From the NCBI GenBank assembly GCA_001662655.1, contig KV460250.1: 64,000 nt of DNA; one strand, written 5' to 3'. The first letter of the stretch is position 1. The number at the start of each line of letters is the position of its first letter. Source of the DNA: Pseudogymnoascus verrucosus (Eukaryota). Of this stretch, positions 50,761 to 61,932 are shown one piece after another. The notes under the pieces were generated by a model. The model was not told the DNA's origin. It ran no database searches and was given only the letters and a program-made list of their open reading frames with translations. A program made the translations under genes and the position numbers.

Positions 50761-51541
50761 ACTGAGGGCGGGATCATGGCGGTAAATCCTATCTAATTAG
50801 ACATCTGCACCGCTGAATATAATCTACTTTTGTTACTTTGAGCATGCGGAAATATAATTTTATAACAATATAACATGCATAGAAGTGCTTCCACCCAACG
50901 CACACATTGGGAGTTGCTTTTGGCGGGGCACGTGAGCTAAGCAATGGCTTATCGGCCTTATCGATAACACTACTATGCCGATAACGCGTTCGGCTTGCAC
51001 TGGAAATTCAATATGACGTAATGCCAGAAATGGATCGGAATTCAGAATCGCTACATGGGATTTAATAAAAGCCACGAAATCTTTATTATGCATGGTAAGG
51101 TGCCGTGCCGTGACCATATACCGAAAAACTATAACTTTTCTATAACCGTGCTTTAATTGCACAGCTATTTTATTAAATACTATCCCTTTCTGCCTATTTG
51201 GGAGGACCCCGATCGTCCCCAAACTGACTTGGGATGAACCCTGAGAGATGGTGACGTCAGAAGCTATACAGATTCGCAATAGCTTCCAAACAGGCCAAAG
51301 ACTAGGTTCAGTATCAAAATCTTGATTTGTTTCAAATATAATGCTTCTCCATTGGATATTTGAAACCGTCGTTCTTCAACTTTTATATTGCGGTGCTGTT
51401 TATACTACCTCATGGCATAAAGCGAAACTAGTATCACATCAACAAGTTTCGTTGTATCATTAATTCCCTTTGGGGTCCCATCTATTATCTATTCGAAGCC
51501 GGCTCAATTTCAAGAAGCCGCAACTTTTAATTAGATTCAAG

Positions 51542-53241
51542 ATGGTTTCTCTTTGGAATACAAGGTCCGGCGGTGACCGTGTCGAGTCGCCTCGCGGCGG
51601 CCACAATGAAGATAATGAAGGTGCACCTCGCATTGTCGTCGAGCGCGAGCCTGATGAGCATACCCGTTTGTTGCCGCAGCCGTCGACTCGGGATGGGTAT
51701 TTGAGCCCAGATGACCCTGCTGTAAGCTATAAGATGCTCAATGCTTCAATATAACATTACTAATACCATCTCCCAGGTCTCACCATACAACCTCTGGAGC
51801 GTGCGGTTTATGCGCTACTTCTCTATACTGTTCTTGGTACGGCCCTCGACCTAGATATTATCACATATACTAACAAATACTGCAGTTCATAACCTTCTTC
51901 TGGTGGGTTATCCTACTCGTCAGCATCTTCGTCAGTCCGCCGGGTTTGCACAACCGCGGTTCCGGTTTCTTCGACTTCTCATATACGAGCCTATCGCTGG
52001 CAAACCTGATTATCGTCCTCCTATTCTTCTCGACCCCTTCAAAGGCAGCTCAGGTCACCGTCCTTGTAACCTCCGTTCTCCTTCTCTTCGACATGATCAT
52101 GATCCTTGCCGTGCCTCGCCTCCGCGTCGAGGAAGGCTGGGTTGGCATCGCTAGTGTTGTCTGGGCCCTCCTCATCGGCATCTGGGTCGTCATCACAGAC
52201 CGGGTCGTGGCATATGGCAAGGAAGAAGAAGAAGAACGTCTCACAGGGCGCGCAGAGACCCGCCGCACCCTCCGCGAGTGGGTAGAGATTCTAGCATCCG
52301 AAATCGTTCTCATCGCCGTCGGCCTTGCTGTTCTTCTCCTTTCCGCGACTCTCATCCTCCGCAGCCGTGACTCCTCTCTCGCACCACAGGGAGAGCGCTA
52401 CTACGTCGACGGCGACAAATACCAAATCCACCTCTACTGTAATGGCAAAGAGACCGACAAGTCAGACAACAAGGTTCCAACCGTACTCTTCGAAGCCGGC
52501 GAACGCCCATTCGGACTATCCCTCCAGGCCTTTGCCGACAACGCCATCGCCAACGGCACCATATCCCGCTACTGCTACGCCGACCGCCCCGGCTTCGGCT
52601 GGTCCGACAACGCGCCCTCGCCTTTCTCCGCCGGCATGGCTGCTGACGTTCTCTCCGAAGCTCTCGCGCGCGCAGGCGAGGAGGGACCGTGGGTTCTAGC
52701 CAGCGCAGGCGTGGGAAGCGTGTACTCGCGGATATTTTCCGCCCGCCACGGCAAAGACGTCATGGGACTCCTGCTCATCGACCCACTCCACGAAGACCTC
52801 CTCTACCGCCTCGCCTCGCCGCACCGGGGCTTCTTCCTCTGGCTGCGCGGCATCCTCTCCCCTCTTGGTATTGACCGTCTCTCCGGCGCGATCTTCCGTG
52901 GCCGTAGTCGCGAGGACAGGGTGTACGGGTGGTCCGCGTACCAGGGCGGGAAGTTCATCAAGGCGAAGCTGCAGGAGTCGCTTGTGGCGGATAGCTTGAC
53001 GAGGAATGAGGTTACGATTTCGCGTGCTATTCAGGAGGAGGATACGCCATTGGCGATTGTGAGCTCCGGAATTGAGTTGAAGAGGGATAGTGTGTGGGAG
53101 GAGAAGCAGAGGGATTTGACTCATTTGACGAGGCAGTTGGTGGGGTGGGATATTGTGAATAAGGCACCGCATGAGGTGTGGGAGACGCTTGAGGGGAGGG
53201 AGAAGATTGAGAAGAGGTTGGGCGAGCTGGTGAGGGTGTAA
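51542..53241 (+). CDS. Integral membrane protein with C-terminal alpha/beta-hydrolase fold, 3 exons
   Basis: EPDEHTRLLP, YLSPDDPAVSPYNLW, several TM helices, HLYC, YCYADRPGFGWSD, LLLIDPLHED. Confidence 0.85.
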
Positions 53242-53567
53242 AAGGAAGGTGGAAATTGTATAGGAAAGCTGTGGTTGGTGGTGTTGGAGGCTGTTTGATA
53301 TGGCAACATTTTGTTCTATTTCCCGTAATCTGTGCAACTACAACCCTAGGATATGGAGTTTTTTGGTTATATTTTGATAATAAGGGATGTTATTTATACC
53401 CACAGACTGAATTTCATATGTTCTCAAAGCTCATCCATTTTTCATAAGTGTTGATCATTTCCGTACGCCTGTCTGTTTTTACCCCCACAACTCCAGAGCT
53501 ATGCAATCCACCCCTTATCCAGGCCTCAATCATCTATTACCAGCTTTGTCCAATCGTGAGTGATAGC

Positions 53568-54875
53568 TTAGACCTTGCTTGTCAGTACACCGGCTATCCG
53601 CAATGCCATGTCGAGGATGGATAGATGCTCATCTGCGCCATCCGCGAGGCGCTTGTCGATCTCCGAGAAGATCATGACTATTTTGTTCTTGTGGATATCG
53701 GCGATAGATTCGTTGTAAATGATAGTCTGGTAGAGCTGTGTCTGCTGTCAATAGGTGCCCTAGATGCACAGGCAAGGGAAATGCATACCTGTGTAACAAC
53801 TTGCGAGGCACTCCAGCCATCGGCCACCATGTCTGTAACAACCTTCGAGATATTCTCGTACGTCAATCCACTCGACGACGGCTGCATAGCCTTCACCAAA
53901 CTATCAATAGTCCGATCCGGAATAACCCCCGCAATATCCTCAATCGACTTCACAGTAACCACCTTCTGCACCCCATCAACATCCATTGCATCCTCCTCCA
54001 CCTCCTCCTCCCCACCCAGCCCCGCCCCCGCCGCCCCCACCAACCTCGCCGCACTCTGCAAAAACGTAATCGCCTTCCTCAAATCCCCCTCAGAGTGCTT
54101 AATCAGCGCCTCCACCACCCCCTCCTCCATCGGCACCCTCTCCTTCTCCGCAATCTCCCGCAGCCTCGTCCCCGCCTGTCCCTCTCCCATGCGCTTAAAG
54201 CGGAACTTACTGCATCGACTGGCCAACGGATCAATAATCCTCGTGACATAATTACACACCAAACAGAAACGCGTGATCTTACTATACGTCTCCATCGTGC
54301 GGCGCAGCGCGCTCTGCGCATCTTGCGTCATGCTGTCTGCCTCGTCGAGGATGATGATCTTGTAGGGCGGGCAGGGATACTGCTTTTGGTAGTCGCCACC
54401 GGGAGGGCGGGAGAGCTGCATGCGTGCGAAGTCTTTGACTTTCTTGCGCACGATGCTGATGCCGCGCTCGTCGGAGGCGTTGAGCTCGAGGACGCGGGAG
54501 GGGAAGAGGGCGGGGCCGTAGAGGGAGCGCGAGAGGGCGAGGATGGTGGAGGTTTTGCCGGTGCCGGGGGGGCCGTAGNNNNNNNNNNNNNNNNNNNNNN
54601 NNNNNNNNNNNNNNNNNNNNNNNNNNNNNNNNNNNNNNNNNNNNNNNNNNNNNNNNNNNNNNNNNNNNNNNNNNNNNNNNNNNNNNNNNNNNNNNNNNNN
54701 NNNNNNNNNNNNNNNNNNNNNNNNNNNNNNNNGAACATCATATTAAAGTAGTATCTTACTATTTCTCAACCCATGGTTGCAGCCGTGTATTGTCCTTCCC
54801 ATTCGGAGCGCCCTTCTTGTCACCCAAAGCCTCCGCCTCCTTCTTGCGCGCCTTAAGATCGAAGAATCCTGCCAT
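53568..54875 (-). CDS. RFC2: Replication factor C subunit 2 (spans an assembly gap)
   Basis: [52 protein letters not shown] motif, [15 protein letters not shown]. Confidence 0.95.
54579..54732. other. Assembly gap
   Basis: Run of N. Confidence 1.
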
Positions 54876-55013
54876 TTCAGTCCTATCTCTTCAAAGTATT
54901 GTTTCGAAGTTTTCCAACGCTGAATCGTGAGTTACCAGGTCCTACTTGCGCGTCTACACCAAATTCGCAGTCGTCCAGCTTGGGGAGACGCGACGCGGAG
55001 AATTAGCGCGCCC

Positions 55014-55203
55014 NNNNNNNNNNNNNNNNNNNNNNNNNNNNNNNNNNNNNNNNNNNNNNNNNNNNNNNNNNNNNNNNNNNNNNNNNNNNNNNNNNNNNNN
55101 NNNNNNNNNNNNNNNNNNNNNNNNNNNNNNNNNNNNNNNNNNNNNNNNNNNNNNNNNNNNNNNNNNNNNNNNNNNNNNNNNNNNNNNNNNNNNNNNNNNN
55201 NNN
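55014..55203. other. Assembly gap
   Basis: Run of N. Confidence 1.
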
Positions 55204-56120
55204 AGACCCTCAACCCCCTCCTCCCAGCAACGACGCAGCTGCAGCTGCAGAAACTCCAGCAGCAACTCCACCCCCAGCTGCAGCAGTAGTCGATGATAAC
55301 AGCCCCGCGGCCCGCCGCCGTCGTCGGATCTTCATCCAGACAAAGAAGAAAGCCGAGTTCATCCATGACATCCTCGTCAATCTAGACATGTTAATTTACG
55401 CCGAGCTGTGCTTCATGTATTACAACGAGTACTCCCCCCCCCCCCCCCCCAAATTTACAACACGCACGCTAACCCACACCCCGCAGCTGCTCACTCTTCC
55501 GCTTCCTCCTCCGCTCAATAACCCAACTCGTCTTCCTCTCCCCCGCCGCCAAGCCCCCACCCATGCCCGGCCCACGCCCCTTCATCCCCGCCCTCCTCTC
55601 CACAAACATGCTCTGCGTCTTCCTCCACCTAGCCACTGCGCGCCCTTCCGGGTCGGAGCTCACGCGAGGCTACTTGCACGGGGGGATAATAGTCGATTTT
55701 ATCGGGCAACGCGCGCCGTCTACGAAAGCTGTGTTAGTGGGGCTGGATATCTTGATACTGGTACTCCAGCTTGTAATGCTGTCTGTGCACGTTGAAGAAG
55801 CGGTGCTGAAAGCTGCGCTGGCGAATCGCGATGGGATGACCGCTTATATAGCCGGAGGCGGCACGGGGGTTGATCCTGCGGAGCGGGATGCTGTGGATCT
55901 GGAAATGGGTACGGGTACTCCGGGCGGGGAGATGGGGATGGAGATGGGGATGCAGGATTTATCAGCCCCCGATGGCGCGGGCGCGGAGGAACGCGATGTC
56001 CTCCTTGCGGAGAGGATGAGGCGCGCAGAAGAGGGAGGGGATGCAGGGGTCGTAGATGCGTTTTATACGGGGAATGTGGTGGTGGGGACGTTTGATGTGG
56101 TGGGGACTGTGAGGGCGCAG
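55204..56120 (+). CDS. DUF1746 membrane protein (Dsc4-like subunit of the DSC E3 ligase); both ends lie in gaps
   Basis: NLDMLIYAELCFMYYND|CSLFRFLLR, TNMLCVFLH, RGYLHGGIIVDFIGQ, LDILILVLQLVM. Confidence 0.8.
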
Positions 56121-56176
56121 NNNNNNNNNNNNNNNNNNNNNNNNNNNNNNNNNNNNNNNNNNNNNNNNNNNNNNNN
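56121..56176. other. Assembly gap
   Basis: Run of N. Confidence 1.
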
Positions 56177-56522
56177 GGGGGGCGAGGGCGAGGGGGGGTG
56201 TTACCAGACGGTTGGGGACTATGGCGTAGAAGGGTGTATGATAGTGGGATGTTTGGGCTGTTTTGGGAGTTTGGTGTGGCAGTCACGACGGGGAATCGAG
56301 CGATGGCTTTTGCCTTTATATTGCATGCTGGGTGTGTACCCTGCTGTGTGTTTTCTGCAAATTACACGCATTATTGAGGAATCAACACAAGACACAATGA
56401 CAAGACTCAACATCATCGTTTTTAGATTCAGCTAAATCTACGACACCAGCTGCAGGCGTGACTTTCCACAAAGAAATCTATTGCTCCGGTCTACCACCAT
56501 ACCATCCCCAACCAGGGCGCGC

Positions 56523-58026
56523 TTAGTTAGCAGCGCCGGAGATGAAGAACCACTTGTCGATGCTTGGGTCAATTGGGGCTGGGGCGAGCTCCTGGTTCTG
56601 GGGGATGTGCGGCAGCTGCTCGGGGGAGATGCGGCTGGGGGAGTTCTTGACGGCAACGTTGGTGCTGTGGGGTGTTTGTTAGCTGCTGCGTCTAGCATTG
56701 CGGAAGGGGAATGGGGTAAGACTTACAGAGAAACATCGCCGGGCTGGGTCTTGCCGGTGATGAGCTTCTCCCACGCCTCAGCGCACTCACGGACAACGTC
56801 AGTGGCGTACCTGGGATATTGTTAGCGCGCGCTCTTCTCATATTAAGGAATTCCACGGGGTGCGCACTTCTTGTTCTTGCACTCGCCAGTGAAAGCGAAC
56901 TGGTTCTCAGGCTTTCCGTCTGGGATCTTGTAGATGCGGAACCACTCATTCGTAGCCCTCAGGAGGCCAGGAAGGTGGCGCTCGACATCCTCGACGTCGT
57001 TAAGCTTAGGTGCCAGCGGGTCGTTGACATCGATGACGATGACCTTCCAGTCGGTCTCCTCCTCGTCGAGGAGCGCCATGACGCCGAGAACCTTGACCTG
57101 CTTGACCTGGCCGGGGTAGCCGACGAGCTCGCCGATCTCGCACACGTCGAGAGGGTCGTTGTCGCCCTTGGCCTTGGTCTCGGGGTGGATGACGTTGGGG
57201 TCTTCCCAGGTCTGGTGGGGGTGTGTAAGTGTGTGTGTTGTCTCTTGTCCCGTCGTACGAGGGGGGGAGGGGTCATACCTGGGGGAAGGCGCCGTAGTTC
57301 CAGAGGTAGCCCTTGTGGGGGAAGCAGTTGCGGACGAAGCGGAGCTTGCCCTTTTTGATATCCTGCTTGATGGGGTTGAGGGTCTCCTCCTTGGAGATCT
57401 AGAGGGGTGTTGTCAGCATGGTTTTGGATGCGAAGGCGGTGTGGTGCGGGGTAGTGAAAATGAGGTTTATAAATCGTAGAAAGCGTAAGGGATATAAGTC
57501 ATACCTCAAGCTTGCCATTGGTCCATCTTGGGATCTCAACGACCATGTTCAGGATGGTCTGCTGCTCGTTGGCGTAGAGAGGGATATCGTGGAAGGGGGA
57601 GACGGGCACGCCATCCTTCTCGATGTAAACGCGGTGCTCGAGGGTGTTGGCAGCACCAATCTTGCGAACGGTATATTGAGGAGCCATTTTTGTAGAATCG
57701 TTTCCAGCAGGCAGGCTGGAGGGAGATGGAGAATTTAAAGAATGCGAACCCGAGAAGTGACGGGCGATCTGTGCTGTCCGTGACTGTGACGGTTTAATTG
57801 TGGTGTTGTGAGACGATTGTGTTGTGGTGCGGGAGAAAGTCGAGGAGGGGCGGGCAGCGGTGGTGGGGCTTAGGCTCGCCAGTCTTACTCCAGCTACAGC
57901 GGGAGACTGCAGCTGTACAGCAATCACAGGGAGAATAGAGTGGAAGGGTGTCCGCGACCGGGGTAGCGGATATAGTCTCGGGCTGCTTTTGGGGAGCGTA
58001 GGGCGAATGGCTCGTAGTGATGACAT
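56523..58026 (-). CDS. IPP1: Inorganic pyrophosphatase (family I), multi-exon; long form from ATG 58026, short form from ATG 57687
   Basis: [79 protein letters not shown]. Confidence 0.95.
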
Positions 58027-58602
58027 GCGTCTAAACAGGCGTAGCAAGCGTAACAAGCTTAATAGACAATAGATTTATAAAATATCGGGATATATAGGAG
58101 TAAGAATTAGGGGATCTAGGCCTTCTATATGGGGTGAAGCGGAAGGAAAAGGGGAAATATTAGCTCTGGGTCGGCCGTCCAAGCGGCACCCGAGGCACTG
58201 CAAAATATGTCTTCTATGCCGAACTTCGGTGCCAAGAATTTCCGCCATAGGCCAAAACAAGTTTCCGCTGCGGCGGAGACGGTGGGATTTTGGGTTGGAG
58301 GGGCTAAGAATGCACGTGCGATGGCGGAATCCTTGGTATTTTGCGGGTAGATTTGAGCCCTAGAGGGGAAAAGAGGGTGGAGGAAAGTTACGATAAATCA
58401 CGTGATATTAGCGGAGTTGTCAGCGGAAGTTCATGGCACTCACAGGCGGAGCGGGAAATATTTCCTTAACCTTCCGCTCCTCTCCGCCCTCCGCCCCGCT
58501 CCTACCGATAACGATTCAAAATTGTGGCGGCGATACACTCCCTATGGACTTCTTGGCTTTCTCCTTTCTCACTTCACATCCACCCTCTTCCCTTGCTATG
58601 TT

Positions 58603-59919
58603 ATGTTACGCCTCGCAACCTCCATCATGACGAACTCTCCCAAAAGGGTCCCCATCCCCCGCAACGGGGTCGACTACCGCTGCAAACTCGTCCTCGCCCC
58701 CATGGTCCGCTCCGGCGAGCTGCCCTCGCGCCTCCTCGCCCTTCACTACGGCGCCGACCTCGTCTGGGGCCCCGAAACCGTCGACCGCTCCATAATCGGC
58801 ACTACGCGCACCTTCAACTCCGCCCTCTCTACCGTCGACTTCACGCGCCTCTCCAGCAACGGCTCTCATGGGCCCCGCAAGGATCAAAAGGAGAGCGTCA
58901 TCTTCCGCCTCCACCCCGCGCGCGAGGGCAAGAAACTCATCTTCCAAATGGGCACCTCGGACCCCGAGCGCGCGGTCGAGGCTGCGAAACTGATCGCCGG
59001 CGACGTCGCGGGCATCGACGTCAATGCCGGGTGTCCGAAGCCGTTTAGCACGAGCGGCGGCATGGGCGCAGCGCTGCTGCGCACGCCTGATAAATTATGT
59101 GCGATCCTAGAAGCGCTGGTGGCTAATATCGCCTCGGAGTTCGAGATAGGGATTAGTGTTAAGATTCGCCTGCTGGAGACGCGGGAGGAGACCGAGACGC
59201 TGGTGCGCAGGCTCTGCGCGACGGGGATTACGGGGCTGACGATTCATTGTCGGACGACGCCGATGAGGCCGCGGGAGAAGGCGATTAGGGAGCAGTTGAC
59301 GATGATAGCGGATATTTGTCGGGAGATGGGGGTGGCGTGTCTGGCGAATGGGGATGTGACGTGTCCGGAGGATGCGCAGGAGCTGGTTAATACGTTTGGG
59401 GTTGAGGGGGCGATGATTGCGACGGCGGCGGAGACGAATCCGAGTTGTTTTAGGAGGAAGGAGGATGGGGGGTTAGCGCCGTGGAGGGAGGTGGTGGAGT
59501 TGTATCTGAGGACGAGTATGGAGGTGGAGAATCGGTGGGGGAATACGAAGTACCTCCTTGGGCACCTGGTTCCGGGGAAGGACCCGGTGTATCGTGGTGT
59601 TACGGGGAGTAAGAGTTATACGGGGATCTGTGAGCTGCTTGGGTTTCCGGAGCTGGTTGAGCGGGCTAAGGAGGTGGATCATGCGCTGGGGTTGGATGTG
59701 GTTCCGGTGAAGCAGGGGAAGAAGAAGCAGAATAGCACGGCTGATGCTGCGGGTGGTCAGTCGGGGAAGAAGGAGAAGCGGAAGCCGCTGTCTACTCGTG
59801 GCGTCGAGAACTCAAAGCCAGCTGTGGGGACCTCGAAGCCGGCTGTTCAGAGCCCAGCGGTGTCAATTGATATACCACAGCCAGCTATGGAGAGTGCACT
59901 GGCAGCGCAGCTGGTTTAA
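58603..59919 (+). CDS. DUS2: tRNA-dihydrouridine(20) synthase Dus2/Smm1
   Basis: LVLAPMVRSGELP, FQMGTSDP, IDVNAGCPKPFSTSGGMGAALL, SVKIR, TIHCRT, ANGD, GAMIA. Confidence 0.92.
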   Translation: MLRLATSIMTNSPKRVPIPRNGVDYRCKLVLAPMVRSGELPSRLLALHYGADLVWGPETVDRSIIGTTRTFNSALSTVDFTRLSSNGSHGPRKDQKESVIFRLHPAREGKKLIFQMGTSDPERAVEAAKLIAGDVAGIDVNAGCPKPFSTSGGMGAALLRTPDKLCAILEALVANIASEFEIGISVKIRLLETREETETLVRRLCATGITGLTIHCRTTPMRPREKAIREQLTMIADICREMGVACLANGDVTCPEDAQELVNTFGVEGAMIATAAETNPSCFRRKEDGGLAPWREVVELYLRTSMEVENRWGNTKYLLGHLVPGKDPVYRGVTGSKSYTGICELLGFPELVERAKEVDHALGLDVVPVKQGKKKQNSTADAAGGQSGKKEKRKPLSTRGVENSKPAVGTSKPAVQSPAVSIDIPQPAMESALAAQLV

Positions 59920-60459
59920 AGCGGCTACGTTGAAAACTGGGAAAGGGTTCTTTGAGAGGGAACTACTTATACACAAAAGGCGTTTATGGCACATAAGGAG
60001 TTGGCATTACATTTATATACTGTAATTATAGGTAGAAGTAAGTTTAACAGCTTACTTAAATATAGAAATAAGTTTAATAATTAGGAGGGATGTGATTCTA
60101 GCCCTGTGAATTAGGCAGAATCAGGCATCATCATTCTAAAACCTATGATGTATTATACTGTAGTGTTTCCTTGTAGAATAGCCTTCGGGGCCATGGCATA
60201 AGTAAAGGCCGTAGCCCTATAGAATTCTACAGGTTTGGTTCGCGCTTAGAAATCACACCAGTAGCCTATAATAGCCACGTGCTTAATACATCATTCGACG
60301 AGCAAAATTACTAGTGCTTAAGTAAACATCTTTACTCTTCTTCTAATATCAACAACTTTAATAACTTAGAGTTAACAATAAACATTAACTACACGACTTA
60401 AATGTTACACTCCCTAGTTGACATTTAAAAGATTATTGTAACATTAACATAAATACAAG

Positions 60460-61311
60460 ATGGCTATGCGTGCTGAACCAGACGTGGACCTCGAAGGGGT
60501 GTCAGATGTGGAAGCCACGATCGACTTCACAAACCCCAAAGACTTCACTAAGACCGTGCAATCGTTCTTTCTCAATGCGAACGCCCGCGACCCTGTTGGA
60601 GACCACACTGTTCTAGTCACAGGATACCCAAATAAATGGTTTAACCCCGACAACGACAAATCCACTCTGGTACCAGGAGCACACAAAGCCTTATACTACC
60701 ACAATACTGAGATCCTTCTCCTAACAATGTTAGGACTCCCACATGAAATCGCCGCGAGGGAGTTTAGCAACAGCTTTATCATCAAGATCGACGCAATGGG
60801 ATGCCGTGATGATATTATGTCAACAGGGGGGGCGACGAGGTCAATGAGCAACATAAGCAAAGAGCCTGATGCTTCGTGGGGCCCAGATACAGCTCTCCCT
60901 CCTACCAACTCGACCTTCATATTAGAGGCCGGTGCATCAGAGAGTGGTCGGGCCTTAGGCCGTGATGCCAAAATATGGCTAGAACACGAGGAATCTCACG
61001 TTACGCAGGTGATAACGATAAAGATCTCCCGGCGGCAACCAGAGATCGTATTTACAGTCTGGAAGAGGGGCCGAGAACACGGAGACACTAGAGCTAACCA
61101 TCCACTGCGGGCAGTGGTGGATCAGCAAATCCAGGTTACGTTGCAGGAAGGGAGACCTGTCACTGATGGGATGCTGCGACTGTCTTTCGAGGAGATATTC
61201 GAGCGACCACAGCAGCTAGGAACAGCAGAGGGGGATCTAACTTTCTCCACTCGCGAGCTCGGAGCCATAGCGAGAAAGGTGTGGCGACGGATGGGAAACG
61301 ACATTGAGTGA
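60460..61311 (+). CDS. Hypothetical protein with PD-(D/E)XK / Uma2-like nuclease-fold motifs
   Basis: Intronless 283 aa ORF with HE, KEPDASW, FILEAGASES, L.RDAKIWL and VITIKI motifs. Confidence 0.7.
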   Translation: MAMRAEPDVDLEGVSDVEATIDFTNPKDFTKTVQSFFLNANARDPVGDHTVLVTGYPNKWFNPDNDKSTLVPGAHKALYYHNTEILLLTMLGLPHEIAAREFSNSFIIKIDAMGCRDDIMSTGGATRSMSNISKEPDASWGPDTALPPTNSTFILEAGASESGRALGRDAKIWLEHEESHVTQVITIKISRRQPEIVFTVWKRGREHGDTRANHPLRAVVDQQIQVTLQEGRPVTDGMLRLSFEEIFERPQQLGTAEGDLTFSTRELGAIARKVWRRMGNDIE

Positions 61312-61932
61312 TGGGCGCGAATTCGCGCCCACCACTCAATCCCCGTCACGGTATTTGGAGATTTGGAGACGATCTCGCTCAGTTTCGGGGATTTCGCCTG
61401 GACAACCGCCCAGCACTGACACAGCCGCCTACCGTCGCATCCATCTCCAACCAATCACATGACTCCAATCCCACCAAATCCCCAATTCGCCCCATAATTC
61501 ATCGATTACCGTGGTTATCCGTCGGTAAAGAGTCCATCTCCACCCTGTCCATTACACTCCATTACCCCGCAAAGGACGTGTTTCCCCAACAATCACCATA
61601 CAATAACCATACAAGCCATACAAAGCACCCAGCCATTCACCCCGTCTAACTGACATCGTTACCCCGTTTAGGAAGTTATTTGCGGTACCTCCGCGGCTTC
61701 GGCGAAAGAAATAGCTTGCAGGTAACGGTAAACTGTGGCCAGCCACTTGTCTTTAGTATTGTGGACTTTGTTTCTGGGCGAATAAAGCTCTATCCCGCTC
61801 CCTGCTACTCGTATAGTCTCTTTCTCCCCTCCTCCTCTGCTCCTTCCCCTTCTCACGTCTTTCTCTCCCTCTCTTCATCTTCAGCTTCAGCTTCATCTTT
61901 TACCTCTCACCTACCTATCCCGGTAACTCACA

